A stretch of 64,000 bases of DNA, taken from IMG/VR virus record IMGVR_UViG_3300034356_000609, positions 1 to 64,000 of that record; one strand, given 5' to 3'. Under the pieces are notes generated by a model. The model was not told the origin of the DNA and ran no database searches. It saw only the letters and a list, made by a program, of their open reading frames with translations. Both the position numbers and the translations under genes were made by a program. The DNA is from a virus. Below are positions 8,393 to 18,582 of this stretch, in pieces. Numbering within the stretch: position 1 is the first letter of the stretch; every line of letters begins with the position of its first letter.

Positions 8393-9493
8393 ATGAAGTT
8401 TGAAGATTTAATTGGAGTCATTGAACGTAACAAACAAATAAAGGAAAACTCAGGTATCACTTCGATTTTAAGTCCGTTTGAGAGACTATCACAAGTGTAT
8501 GGGGGATTTACTAAAAGTTCTATTACGTGTATTACAGCTTCTTCGGGAGTAGGAAAAACTAAGTTTGTTAAGTTTCTAACCATTGATAATGTTATTAGGA
8601 AAACTCACGGCAGTCACATCAAACCCAAGATATTCTACTTTGCATTAGAGGAAAACGCTACCGACTTCTGGTTGTCTTTTATATGTAGCTTTCTATACAA
8701 AAAATATAAACTAAGCATTAGTGTAACTCAGTTAAAATCTATCGGCTCATTTACAGTCAATGCTGACTTAATGACTAAGATTAAAGATGCAGAAAGATAC
8801 ATTACAGCCCTACAGGAAGTAGTAGAAGTAGTAGATTATGTACGAAATCCTACTGGGATTGCTAAATACATTGAAGCCTACTTCAACAACCCTGAAGTAG
8901 GTGAGTATACTTACAAAGAAATAGAAGACGGCAAGAGAATACCTACGGGATATAAATACAAATCAGATGACCTTTGGGTGTTTTGTGTAATTGACCACAT
9001 CAGTCTTGTCTCTAATGAAACACAGCCTGGACATGGAGGTAAATACACATCCTATCAGACATTCGACTTACTAGTAAAAGATTATGTATTAGAAAGATTC
9101 TCTAAAAGATATCAAATGGTAAACATTATTGTACATCAGCAAACTCCTTCCTCAGAGAAAGCAGTATACACTAATAAAGGAATGCTAATAGAAGAACGTA
9201 TTGAGCCTTCTTTAGAAGAGTTACACATCAACAAAGGTGTCCATCAAGACTACGAGATAGTTATGGGGCTATTTAACCCCTCCAGATACGATATAGAGAC
9301 TCATAATGGATATGACATATCATTGTTGGGTCGAGGGTATCGTGCACTTAAATTCCTCAAGGATAGACATTACGGCTTAGAAAACACAAGTCTAGGTTTA
9401 CACTTTGAAGGTGCTAGTGGATTCTTTACGGAATTACCTAGAGCAGAAGTAATGATTAGTGGTAACCACTATGATAAGTTTAAAGACAAATAA
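8393..9493 (+). CDS. dnaB: DnaB-like (SF4) replicative helicase
   Basis: Walker A ASSGVGKT, ALEE, Walker B VIDHI, VHQQ, LKDRHYG. Confidence 0.85.
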   Translation: MKFEDLIGVIERNKQIKENSGITSILSPFERLSQVYGGFTKSSITCITASSGVGKTKFVKFLTIDNVIRKTHGSHIKPKIFYFALEENATDFWLSFICSFLYKKYKLSISVTQLKSIGSFTVNADLMTKIKDAERYITALQEVVEVVDYVRNPTGIAKYIEAYFNNPEVGEYTYKEIEDGKRIPTGYKYKSDDLWVFCVIDHISLVSNETQPGHGGKYTSYQTFDLLVKDYVLERFSKRYQMVNIIVHQQTPSSEKAVYTNKGMLIEERIEPSLEELHINKGVHQDYEIVMGLFNPSRYDIETHNGYDISLLGRGYRALKFLKDRHYGLENTSLGLHFEGASGFFTELPRAEVMISGNHYDKFKDK

Positions 9494-9854
9494 GAAAGTG
9501 AGCAAACAATTAAAATTTGGAGTACATACAAAGTACATTCTAAAGACCATGTGTGGTATAATCAATGTAGACGTTAATGACATTGACTTTAATGAACCTG
9601 ATTGGCAAGATAAACATCGTTGGACTTTTGCTAATGAAGTTGCATTTCAGAACTGGCTGATAAATTACCTTCAAGACAATCCATCTGCAGTTAAAGAACT
9701 TATAGTGTTGGATTCTATGGGAGGAGACAAAAGGTGGATACATAATGTAGAGCAGCGTGTAGCTAAAAGATTTACGCTATTCTATGGATGGGCTTTAGAA
9801 AGTTATGAAAGTGAGTTAAACAAAATTACCGAGCAAACAATATATAAATACTAA
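9459..9854 (+). CDS. hypothetical protein
   Basis: ORF between helicase and ATPase; start uncertain. Confidence 0.65.
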   Translation: MVTTMISLKTNKKVSKQLKFGVHTKYILKTMCGIINVDVNDIDFNEPDWQDKHRWTFANEVAFQNWLINYLQDNPSAVKELIVLDSMGGDKRWIHNVEQRVAKRFTLFYGWALESYESELNKITEQTIYKY

Positions 9855-9859
9855 ATATC

Positions 9860-10531
9860 ATGTCAAGTAAATTAATCGCAGTTGTAGGAGCCACAGGAAG
9901 TGGCAAATCCACATCCATTAAGTCGTTAGACCCAAAGGAAACATTCATCATTAACGTAGCACGTAAAGAGCTACCATTTAAAGGTTCAGCTAAATTGTAC
10001 AATGCAGAGAACAAGAATTACCTAGAGATAGACGATGCACTCGGTATTCTTAAAGCCTTGCAAAGTATCAGTGAAAGAGGACCACACATCAAACAAGTTA
10101 TCCTAGAAGATAGTAACTATATCATGGGATTTAACATGGTCAAGAAAGCCACCGAAACAGGTTATACTAAATTTAGTATAATGGCTAAGGATATGGTGAC
10201 CCTTTTAACAGAAGCCCGTAAACTTAGGGACGACTTGAAAATTTTCTACTTTTCCCATCCTGAGTCCGTCGAGGATGAGGGTGCTATCGTGTCTTACAAG
10301 ATGAAGACAGCAGGAAAGCTATTGGATAGTCAAATCGTATTAGAGGGTTTGTTTACAGTTGCCTTGTACACTCATGTAGATGAAGATAAAAACGGAGAGA
10401 CAACGTATGAATTTGTAACCAACCGTTGGAAGAAATACCCAGCTAAATCTCCTGACGGCATGTTTGAGGCAGTAAGAATCCCCAATAACTTGCAAGACGT
10501 ATGTGATAGAATCAACGATTACTACAACTAA
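9860..10531 (+). CDS. AAA_24/Sak4-like P-loop ATPase
   Basis: GATGSGKST, ILEDS, FSH, KTAGK, EGLF, AKSP. Confidence 0.85.
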   Translation: MSSKLIAVVGATGSGKSTSIKSLDPKETFIINVARKELPFKGSAKLYNAENKNYLEIDDALGILKALQSISERGPHIKQVILEDSNYIMGFNMVKKATETGYTKFSIMAKDMVTLLTEARKLRDDLKIFYFSHPESVEDEGAIVSYKMKTAGKLLDSQIVLEGLFTVALYTHVDEDKNGETTYEFVTNRWKKYPAKSPDGMFEAVRIPNNLQDVCDRINDYYN

Positions 10532-10578
10532 AAGAAAAAAACAACTTAAAACAAAAAACAACTTAACGAAAATTAATT

Positions 10579-11421
10579 ATGAACTTAGAATCATTAGAAA
10601 CCCGACAACCAAACAGTTCTAGTAAGAAGCTGTACACAGGATTTGCTAACTTACAGATTGTTGCTGTAAACCCTACCAGAGAAGAAATTGCAAAACTTTA
10701 CGACGTAGATGTAGAGAAGACCAAAGAGCCTAACTATTTTCTAGAAAATAGTACTAGAATTGACTTTTGGTATCGTAACCATACTTCACTTTCTACACCT
10801 TTGTTGGGTAAGTTTTGTGTATTTATCAGTAAGGACTATCGTGTGAGTCAAAGTGGTAAGAATCAGTATATAGATGCACATAGTCGTGTTTGTTGGGCAG
10901 ATAGCATTAGCGATTTGTCTGCTCGTAACGAAAGACTTGCGGAGTTTGGTAAGTTGAACATTGCAACTGCACGTCAAGCATACAAGGGTGAAGAAGATCT
11001 TCTTGCTCTTATGAAAGCTTATGGCAACGTAGATATCACCAATGGGCCATTTGCTTTGGATGACTTTATTGCAATTGTTAAAGGTAACGTAAAAGAACTT
11101 AGTGAGTTCTTTGACCACTTCAACAAGAGAGAAGGTGGCATCAAAGTATTATTGGGTGTTAAAGACGGCCAGTATCAGGATGTGTGTAGTTTGGTATTCT
11201 TGCCTGTAAACGGTAAAATTACAGACTATGTAAACAGACGTATTACAGCATCTGACTACGGTTACAAACAGTATTATGGTTATTCTTTCGACTTTAAAGA
11301 GTTTGTTGCAGAAGCAGAACCTGTCAAGTCTGAAGAGAATTTTGAATGGGGAGATCCATTGCCAGAAACTAAAACAACAAGTTTAAGCAGCCCATTTACG
11401 GCTGACGAAGACATATTCTAA
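10579..11421 (+). CDS. putative single-stranded DNA-binding protein
   Basis: Lies between the Sak4-like ATPase and primase; acidic tail ending DEDIF. Confidence 0.55.
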   Translation: MNLESLETRQPNSSSKKLYTGFANLQIVAVNPTREEIAKLYDVDVEKTKEPNYFLENSTRIDFWYRNHTSLSTPLLGKFCVFISKDYRVSQSGKNQYIDAHSRVCWADSISDLSARNERLAEFGKLNIATARQAYKGEEDLLALMKAYGNVDITNGPFALDDFIAIVKGNVKELSEFFDHFNKREGGIKVLLGVKDGQYQDVCSLVFLPVNGKITDYVNRRITASDYGYKQYYGYSFDFKEFVAEAEPVKSEENFEWGDPLPETKTTSLSSPFTADEDIF

Positions 11422-11432
11422 TCAACTTAAGC

Positions 11433-11457
11433 GTAGGAGGGGTCGAAAGGCCCCTAC
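11433..11457 (+). other. GC-rich hairpin with GAAA tetraloop and no U-tract
   Basis: aggggtc-gaaa-ggcccct in the SSB-primase gap. Confidence 0.6.
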
Positions 11458-11472
11458 TATTAGATGTAAACC

Positions 11473-12438
11473 ATGGATTTAAACGCACTAACAACAATAC
11501 TTACAAAAGATGACGTACTTAATAAGTACAGTCAAGAGATGATTATGGAGTTTTACTTTCAGGAACCTGTTAGATTGGGCAAATTTTATTGCAATCCATT
11601 TAGAGATGACAAAACTCCTGGCTGTAGATTCTTTTATACTCGTCAAGGATTCCTAGTCTTCAACGACTTTAGTATAAATAAACAATATCATTGTTTTCAA
11701 GTAGCTGCTCTTAGAGTAGGAAGACCAATAACTGCTAGTGAAATCCACAATCAGATGTCTGGCGTACCTCCTAAAAGTCTTCCTAAACCCAAGATAAGAT
11801 ACTTTAACGAAGAAGAGAAACAAAGCACTACAACCATTACGGTTAAGATAATGCCTTACAGACAAGAAGATTTAGAGTATTGGGCACAGTATAATATCAG
11901 CTTGTCTACCTTGAAGAAGTTTAATGTACGCAAAGTAGAGAAAGCTTGGATTAACGGAACGCTAAAGTATATCGACTTACTATCAGACCCTTGTTACAGA
12001 TACTCAGAGAAAGATAGAATAAAACTATATCGACCTAATAGTAAGAAGAATAAATTTCGCAACAACTATACTGAAGAACTAGAAGGTATGGACTATTTGC
12101 CTGAGAAGGGAGACAAAGTGATAATCACCAAAGCTATGAAGGATGTTATGACCTTTGACAGCATAGGGATACCAGCAGTTTGTCCTCGTTCTGAAACAAG
12201 TTTACTTAGTGAAGCTATTATGGATAATCTATTTAGTCGATTTACTGAAGTCTTTATCTGGTTTGACTCTGACCCTACAGGTGTGGAAAGGTCTATCATA
12301 CTCTACGAAAAGTACAAAGAACAAGGACTTATACGCTTGTCTCATAGTGAATTTCTAGCCAAGGATACTAGTGATATTGTAAAATTATATGGTATTGATA
12401 AATTAATAGAGTTATGCAAACAGTGCGAGATATTGTAG
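11473..12438 (+). CDS. DNA primase (crAss-type TOPRIM)
   Basis: CNPFRDDKTPGC N-terminal domain; ITKAMKD and FDSD TOPRIM motifs. Confidence 0.8.
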   Translation: MDLNALTTILTKDDVLNKYSQEMIMEFYFQEPVRLGKFYCNPFRDDKTPGCRFFYTRQGFLVFNDFSINKQYHCFQVAALRVGRPITASEIHNQMSGVPPKSLPKPKIRYFNEEEKQSTTTITVKIMPYRQEDLEYWAQYNISLSTLKKFNVRKVEKAWINGTLKYIDLLSDPCYRYSEKDRIKLYRPNSKKNKFRNNYTEELEGMDYLPEKGDKVIITKAMKDVMTFDSIGIPAVCPRSETSLLSEAIMDNLFSRFTEVFIWFDSDPTGVERSIILYEKYKEQGLIRLSHSEFLAKDTSDIVKLYGIDKLIELCKQCEIL

Positions 12439-12998
12439 AAATAGCCGTAAGGCATTGTGCTACACACAAACAAAAGGATGCTTACTATATAGAAAAGATG
12501 GTAAATCAGATTCTAAATCTTGAACCTATCAAACCCTATAAGAATAAAGCATTTGGCACTAACCCTAAAGGTAGAGTAAAAATGATCAATACCTATAGAC
12601 CGATGACTGGACAAGAGATAAAGATAGCTCAGATAGTCTGTGAAGCTACTCACACTGAGTTCAATGACCTATTCTCTAGAACTAGAAAACGTTGTATTGT
12701 GGATGTTCGTATTCAACTTGTTAGTTTCTTTTACTATTACAGGGCTTACACGTATACGGACTTAGGCAGTATGCTAGGAAGAGACCACAGCACCATTATC
12801 CATAGCGTAAGCACACATCAAGACCTAGTAGATTCCAATCATCTCTATGCAGTTAAGTTTTACAACCTCATAAACAAAATCAAAGAGGAAATGCCTGAAC
12901 TGTTTATTGATAGATTAAAACTAGAAGACCAATCTAGAGAGTACGCTAAGATAAAACTAGAGAGAAAAGCCAAAAGAACTAAGTATGCTATTGAATAA
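12414..12998 (+). CDS. protein with DnaA C-terminal (domain IV) HTH
   Basis: SRTRKR..VDVR...LGSMLGRDHSTIIHS, matching the DnaA signature. Confidence 0.8.
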   Translation: MQTVRDIVEIAVRHCATHKQKDAYYIEKMVNQILNLEPIKPYKNKAFGTNPKGRVKMINTYRPMTGQEIKIAQIVCEATHTEFNDLFSRTRKRCIVDVRIQLVSFFYYYRAYTYTDLGSMLGRDHSTIIHSVSTHQDLVDSNHLYAVKFYNLINKIKEEMPELFIDRLKLEDQSREYAKIKLERKAKRTKYAIE

Positions 12999-13680
12999 AA
13001 GAATCAATATACCAGACGATTGGTATCACAAACTAAAACACTTTATTGAGTCGGATAAGTTTACCGAACTAGGTAAACAAGTGGCACACTTAAGAAAGAC
13101 CACAACCGTATATCCACCAAAAGAAGAAGTGTTTAAAGCATTCCAACTAACCCCTTTCCAAGAAGTTCGTGTAGTTATACTTGGACAAGATCCCTACCCA
13201 GGAGTTTACAAGACAGAACCTGTGGCTTGTGGGTTAGCATTTGCTCCAAGAAATACGGAATTTACAACCCCATCATTGAGAAAAATCTACAATAGAATAA
13301 AAGAAGATTTCTATATGAATGAGTTGACGTTTCCAGTAGATTTAAACTTACATAAGTGGGCAAAACAAGGAGTACTTTTACTTAACACAGCCCTTACAGT
13401 AGAGGCTGGTAAATCAGGAAGTCACATGAACCTTTGGTCTGAGTGGACACTAGAGGTACTTAAAGCTATTAACGAGCACAACACAGGGGTTATATTCTGT
13501 TTCTGGGGTAGTGATGCAGGTAAACATGCACATATTGTCGGAGAACATAATTTAGCATTTAGAGCACCTCACCCAATGGCAGCACATTATGCAGGTAAAG
13601 AGTGGAATTGTGACCATTTCCTAAAGATTAACGATTACTTACAAAAACACAACAACTACCAAATCAAATGGATCAACTAG
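12985..13680 (+). CDS. ung: uracil-DNA glycosylase, family 1
   Basis: ILGQDPY, GLAF, QGVLLLNTALTV, FWG, HP. Confidence 0.95.
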   Translation: MLLNKRINIPDDWYHKLKHFIESDKFTELGKQVAHLRKTTTVYPPKEEVFKAFQLTPFQEVRVVILGQDPYPGVYKTEPVACGLAFAPRNTEFTTPSLRKIYNRIKEDFYMNELTFPVDLNLHKWAKQGVLLLNTALTVEAGKSGSHMNLWSEWTLEVLKAINEHNTGVIFCFWGSDAGKHAHIVGEHNLAFRAPHPMAAHYAGKEWNCDHFLKINDYLQKHNNYQIKWIN

Positions 13681-13916
13681 AAAACGTGCTTGCTTTAATA
13701 AAAACTATAGAAGAAAGCAGAACAGAAGATATACGTATCACACAGCAAATCAAACTTAACGAGGTAAAGATTGACCTTAAATCTTTTGTGTCTGAGAGAA
13801 TTATGTTAGCTGAAAGTATCGTAAATAGTCGTATTGATGAATATACCTACCACGAAAACTTAGCTAGACTAGATGAACTAATCAAAATATCAAACAAAAT
13901 AAACAACTTAACTTAA
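13668..13916 (+). CDS. hypothetical protein
   Basis: ORF in operon. Confidence 0.65.
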   Translation: MDQLENVLALIKTIEESRTEDIRITQQIKLNEVKIDLKSFVSERIMLAESIVNSRIDEYTYHENLARLDELIKISNKINNLT

Positions 13917-13920
13917 AATC

Positions 13921-14742
13921 ATGGAACTTACAACCTTATTAACAGAATCCAACACCAATTGGACAGTATCAAAACGCCCACTTGTGGGACCTAATGGAGA
14001 AACCTCTCCAGCTTTTGGCATCTTTAGAGATGACACAGACAAGTGTCTTGGTATAGTTAAAAGTAAATATACCATCACTCAGAACTCTCAAGTAGCTAGT
14101 CTAATGCTAGAAGCTGCTGATACTTTAAACATCAAAGCCAGCCGTGGAGGCTCTTTAGGTAATGGTGAGAGAGTTTATTATCAGTTTACATTGCCTCAAG
14201 TACATATCGGAGGTTCTGATAGTCTTAGGTATTTGACAGGGCTTACAGCGCATGACGGCTTAACTAAAATCGGTTTTGGTGCAACTAACGTAGTTGTAAC
14301 TTGTGCCAATACTTTCTACAGTGCATTACAGGATTGTGAAGCAGTAAAACACACTCCAAATCATGGTCAAAAGCTAGTTCAAATCATCAATAGTTTAAAG
14401 TTATCTTTGTCTGCTGAAGAAATGCTAGTAGACAGATTAATCAAACTAAGCAATACTACAATCCCATCAAAGATTGATGATGAGTTCTTGATTAGTATTC
14501 TAGGAGGTACTGCTGACACTTCTAGAACTAAGAATAGAATAGCAGAACTTCGTCTTGCTATGATACCTGAGTATAATACTCACGGGGAGACAGCTTATGG
14601 ACTGTTTAATGCTGTTACTAGATATACCAATCATTCCGTAACGTATAAGGATTTAGATTCTAAACGTAAGGCATTGATGTTTGGTACGGCTGCTAGAATT
14701 AACGAAAATGCCTTAAACATTATCGAAGCTACTTACGCATAA
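13921..14742 (+). CDS. DUF932-family phage/plasmid protein
   Basis: NWTV, R.DT...LG.V...Y...QN, HDG, VVTCANT, KHT, TAYGLFNAVT. Confidence 0.85.
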   Translation: MELTTLLTESNTNWTVSKRPLVGPNGETSPAFGIFRDDTDKCLGIVKSKYTITQNSQVASLMLEAADTLNIKASRGGSLGNGERVYYQFTLPQVHIGGSDSLRYLTGLTAHDGLTKIGFGATNVVVTCANTFYSALQDCEAVKHTPNHGQKLVQIINSLKLSLSAEEMLVDRLIKLSNTTIPSKIDDEFLISILGGTADTSRTKNRIAELRLAMIPEYNTHGETAYGLFNAVTRYTNHSVTYKDLDSKRKALMFGTAARINENALNIIEATYA

Positions 14743-14757
14743 CTTATTTGGAACTGG

Positions 14758-14795
14758 ACAACCTACTAAGAAGGTAGGTTGTTCTTTTCCTTTTT
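14758..14795 (+). terminator. probable intrinsic terminator
   Basis: acaacctac-taagaag-gtaggttgt followed by a T-rich tract. Confidence 0.65.
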
Positions 14796-14806
14796 ATACA
14801 ATCAAG

Positions 14807-15424
14807 ATGTTAAACAGAACAAGTACAAAAGAAAAAAAGATTCCTGTGAAGGGATTAGCCATAAAAGTTGAAAAAGTCTTAATTGAGACAATTTGCTCAG
14901 AATGTGGTAAAAAGAGACCTTATTCCAACAAATCCAAGAAGTTATGTGCTGTTTGTGTGAAAAAATCACAAATAGTAAAACTAAGAGAAAGAAAGGCAAA
15001 GGTCAAAAAGAAGAAAGCCGAATCCATTGGTGTGTTGACTAAGAAACTAGACCGTATTTTTAGCGTCTTCGTAAGATTATCTGGCACCAAAGAAGATGGC
15101 AGTTGTACTTGTTTTACTTGTAACAAAGTTTTGCACTGGAGAGAGATACAATGTGGACATTTTCAGTCAAGAAGATTCTACTCAACTCGATTCCATGAGC
15201 TAAATTGCAAACCTCAATGTTATGGCTGTAATATAGGTTTAAGTGGCAATCAATACACATTCGGAATAAACTTAGATAAACTTCATGGTAAGGATACGGC
15301 TGACTCAATGGTCAGGAAATCCAAGGAAGTTAAAAAGTTTACTAGCGAAGAGATGATGGAACTAATTGAACACTATGAGAAGGAAGTATCTGAAATAAGA
15401 AAACGATTAAACCTGTGGGAGTAA
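14807..15424 (+). CDS. NinG/Rap-like HNH junction endonuclease
   Basis: FSVFVR, CFTC, QCGHF.SR, TRFHELNCKPQCYGCN. Confidence 0.85.
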   Translation: MLNRTSTKEKKIPVKGLAIKVEKVLIETICSECGKKRPYSNKSKKLCAVCVKKSQIVKLRERKAKVKKKKAESIGVLTKKLDRIFSVFVRLSGTKEDGSCTCFTCNKVLHWREIQCGHFQSRRFYSTRFHELNCKPQCYGCNIGLSGNQYTFGINLDKLHGKDTADSMVRKSKEVKKFTSEEMMELIEHYEKEVSEIRKRLNLWE

Positions 15425-15426
15425 GT

Positions 15427-17430
15427 ATGATATATTTTGTAACGGAAGATCAAGCCTTAAGGCAACAGATCAGAAATCACCCTATGAGGCGGATAGATAC
15501 CTGTACTGTAGAAACGTGTATAGAGTCTATTAAACAGATGGATGACGATTGTATTGGGTTTGACATAGAAACTCTGGGATTTGACCCATATACAGACCGT
15601 ATTGTATGTATTCAGATAGGTAATGCTCGTGCTCAGTTTGTAATTGATACGGGAACAGTAGATATCCAACTCTTCAAAGAAATATTAGAGACTAGGACTC
15701 TTATAGGTCATAACCTAAAGTTTGATATTAGATTCCTTCTTCATCAGCGTATTATCCCTAGTAGGGTGTTTGATACTTTTCTTGCAGAGAAGACAACACA
15801 CCTAGGTCTAGAATCCCATCGATGCTCTCTGGCTGAGTGTACTGCCAGGTACTTAGGTTTAATTATGGATAAGACCGAAAGAGGTAAGATAGATGGAAAG
15901 TTTACTTACGAATTTATTATCTATAGTGCCACCGATGTAGCTTACTTACATGAACTTAAGAAAATACAAGAAAAGAAAATTCAGGAACTTGGATGTGCTG
16001 TATCTATAGAACTCGACAATAAGTTCGTTATTGTTTTATCTTATATAGAGTACTGTGGGATGAAACTTGACGTAAGTAAATGGATGAATAGATTGGAGAG
16101 AATAAAACAAGAGTCAGACCATCATTTGTCTATCCTAGAAGACTTTGTTACCAAGAATTATAGAAAGTTTGTTGAAGAACAGATTGATATGTTCCAAACC
16201 AAAGTAAAGACTAAGATTAACTGGAACTCAGCTGCACAAGTAATCAAACTGTTTACCTTAATGGGAGTAGATACTGAAGTTATCGTAGATGGTCAAGTAA
16301 AACACACTACAGAGAGCAGTCAACTAGTACCACAAGTTGATAAGTTCCCTATTCTCGACACATACATTAAGTATAAAGAATGTCAGAAGAATATTGGAAC
16401 CTATGGAGAGAACTGGATTAAGATGATTAACCCTGTAAGTGGAAGAATCCACACTCAGTACAAACAACTAATGAATACTGGTCGTTTGTCTAGTGGCGGT
16501 AAAAACATAGCCACTAAAGAATCCTATCCAAACTTTCAAAACATTCCTAGTGATGAGGAAACTAGAAGTTGTTTTGTAGCAGAGGAAGGAAATGTACTTA
16601 TTGGCTGTGATTACACAGGTCAAGAACAGATTGTCCTAGTAAATAAGTGTTTAGACGAGAACCTATTAGAATTTTATAGGAAAGATTTAGGTGATATGCA
16701 TTCATTCGTGGCTTCTAAGATGTACGCAGAACTAGATGGATTGCCGTTAGACGAAATCAAGAAAAAGCACAAGGACAAAAGACAAGCGGCAAAAGTCGCA
16801 GGATTTGCCATCAACTATGGTGGTAGTGGTAAAGGTATTGCTGAACAATTAGGATTATCTTTAGAGCAAGGACAACATATATACGAGTCCTACTTTAATG
16901 CATTTCCTGGTTTGAAGAATTACTTTGAAGAAGCCAAGAAATTTGGTACTACAAATGGCTACGTTCTTATATCAGAAGTAACAGGTAAAAGGTCTTTTGT
17001 AGACAATTACAAAGATTACTTAGAATTAAAGAAGAAGCAAGACAATGCGTTTTGGGAAAAGTACAAGAAACATAAGAAATCAAATACTCCTACTTACAAA
17101 GAAATGAAGAAGGAAGTACAGATTGTTAGTCAAAAGCGAGGAGCTATTGAACGTATGTCATTGAACTTCCCAATCCAAGGTGAATCTGCCGAGATAACAA
17201 AACTAGCAGGTATTTATTTTTGGAAGAAATTTCTTTTACCCAATAATTTAGTGTTTACTGTAAAGTTTATTAATGCTATACACGATGAGTATCTTTTAGA
17301 GTGCCCAAAAGGTTTGGCTGAAGAATGCGCTGAAGAACTAAAAAAAGCTATGGAAACTGCGGGAGATAAATTTTGTAAAACGGTCAAATTAAAGGCAGAA
17401 CCTAAAATAAGTTTATATTGGGAAAAATAA
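15427..17430 (+). CDS. polA: family A DNA polymerase with 3'-5' exonuclease (no 5'-3' exonuclease)
   Basis: FDIET, HNLKFD, YSATD; TGRLSS, NFQNIP, DYTGQE, RQAAKVAGFAINYG, NFPIQG, IHDE; ATG at 15427 preferred over GTG at 15415. Confidence 0.95.
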   Translation: MIYFVTEDQALRQQIRNHPMRRIDTCTVETCIESIKQMDDDCIGFDIETLGFDPYTDRIVCIQIGNARAQFVIDTGTVDIQLFKEILETRTLIGHNLKFDIRFLLHQRIIPSRVFDTFLAEKTTHLGLESHRCSLAECTARYLGLIMDKTERGKIDGKFTYEFIIYSATDVAYLHELKKIQEKKIQELGCAVSIELDNKFVIVLSYIEYCGMKLDVSKWMNRLERIKQESDHHLSILEDFVTKNYRKFVEEQIDMFQTKVKTKINWNSAAQVIKLFTLMGVDTEVIVDGQVKHTTESSQLVPQVDKFPILDTYIKYKECQKNIGTYGENWIKMINPVSGRIHTQYKQLMNTGRLSSGGKNIATKESYPNFQNIPSDEETRSCFVAEEGNVLIGCDYTGQEQIVLVNKCLDENLLEFYRKDLGDMHSFVASKMYAELDGLPLDEIKKKHKDKRQAAKVAGFAINYGGSGKGIAEQLGLSLEQGQHIYESYFNAFPGLKNYFEEAKKFGTTNGYVLISEVTGKRSFVDNYKDYLELKKKQDNAFWEKYKKHKKSNTPTYKEMKKEVQIVSQKRGAIERMSLNFPIQGESAEITKLAGIYFWKKFLLPNNLVFTVKFINAIHDEYLLECPKGLAEECAEELKKAMETAGDKFCKTVKLKAEPKISLYWEK

Positions 17431-17458
17431 ATTATCCAAAGCATCTGTAGGATAATTT
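17429..17458. other. inverted repeat directly after the polA stop (terminator or operator)
   Basis: aaattatcc-N12-ggataattt. Confidence 0.45.
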
Positions 17459-17468
17459 AAAAACTGTG

Positions 17469-17476
17469 TATATTTG
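17469..17476 (+). promoter_or_regulatory. Bacteroidota -7 element TATATTTG, 4 nt before the HNH ATG
   Basis: Matches TAnnTTTG. Confidence 0.6.
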
Positions 17477-17480
17477 CAAT

Positions 17481-17999
17481 ATGAAGACTTGTACTAAGTG
17501 TTTAATAGAAAAAAATTTATCAGAGTTTTACCTAGCAAAAGGGACTCACGATGGTCATACTTACAATTGTAAATCTTGCTATGCTGCTTATAGAGAAGGT
17601 AAAAGAGAGCAAGCAAGGATTTACATGGGTAAGTTACGAGAGACTAGAAAAGACGAACTCAACGCTAAAAAAAGAGAGTCTTGGAGTAAACAAGATTTCC
17701 GAAAAAAACTTATTTGTCAAGTACGAGGTAGGGCAAAAACTAGAGGGTTTGATTTTAATCTGGAATTAGAGGACATACCCTACACAGAAACCTGTCCACT
17801 ACTTGGGTGTAAGTTAATTCCTGGAACCCAACATGACTATGAATACACACATTCTTTAGATAGAATAGATCCTACTAAAGGATATATCAAGGGTAATGTG
17901 TGGGTTATGTCTAAAAAAGCAAACAGTATGAAAAATAACGCTAACAAAGAAGAATTAATATTATTTGCTGAGAATGTGTTAAAACTATTTAAAAAATAA
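17481..17999 (+). CDS. free-standing HNH (His-Me) homing endonuclease-like protein
   Basis: MKTCTKC..CKSC Zn finger; CPLLG, SLDRIDPTKGYIKGNVWVMS..AN..K. Confidence 0.85.
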   Translation: MKTCTKCLIEKNLSEFYLAKGTHDGHTYNCKSCYAAYREGKREQARIYMGKLRETRKDELNAKKRESWSKQDFRKKLICQVRGRAKTRGFDFNLELEDIPYTETCPLLGCKLIPGTQHDYEYTHSLDRIDPTKGYIKGNVWVMSKKANSMKNNANKEELILFAENVLKLFKK

Positions 18000-18024
18000 A
18001 AACAAACTAAAACAAAGAAAAATT

Positions 18025-18582
18025 ATGGGAGCAAATTTAATTATAGTAAGTGGCACAGGAGCCACTATGCGTGAAGCGTATGCTGATGCAGTAGAGATTG
18101 CAGCCTACGAATATGGCAATGACCCTTACAATGGTACAATTACAACTACTAGTGGATGTATAGATGTTACTAAGGAGTTTCGTGAATCTGGCTTAGAGTT
18201 AGACGAGTATGCTGACGATATCTGTAACAAAAATAAATTAAGCAAGTGGGGAAATGCACATGGCATCTGTGTTAGTGAACCTGTAGTCAATACCAACAAG
18301 ATTAAATCACAAGTAGAAACAACTCCACAGCGTGGTGCTAGAGCTTGGAAAACTGTTTATGTGGTACAAGACAATGCAGGTAATGTACTAGAGAGTAGGG
18401 CATTTCGAATTGATGCTATTAACATAGCTAGAGAGTATACGGAACGCACAAAGAACTCTAGTCAAGTAGTTATCCAAAAAGTCCTAGCTAACTCCTCTCC
18501 ACTTGTCTCTAAGATAACTTACAAGAAATCAGACAAAGAGAAGAAAGGTTTGTATTACTTTATAGCATTAGCAGCAGAATGA
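18025..18582 (+). CDS. conserved hypothetical phage protein
   Basis: YEYGNDPYNGTI, KWG motifs. Confidence 0.75.
   Translation: MGANLIIVSGTGATMREAYADAVEIAAYEYGNDPYNGTITTTSGCIDVTKEFRESGLELDEYADDICNKNKLSKWGNAHGICVSEPVVNTNKIKSQVETTPQRGARAWKTVYVVQDNAGNVLESRAFRIDAINIAREYTERTKNSSQVVIQKVLANSSPLVSKITYKKSDKEKKGLYYFIALAAE

Noticed and set aside
12110-12150. Primase TOPRIM lacks the usual Glu (ITKAMKD), suggesting inactivation
   Set aside because: The DxD motif is intact and this variant is, to my knowledge, usual for crAss-like primases
8393-17430. Introns or inteins in helicase, primase or polA
   Set aside because: Motifs are contiguous at normal spacing, with no intein termini or frame breaks
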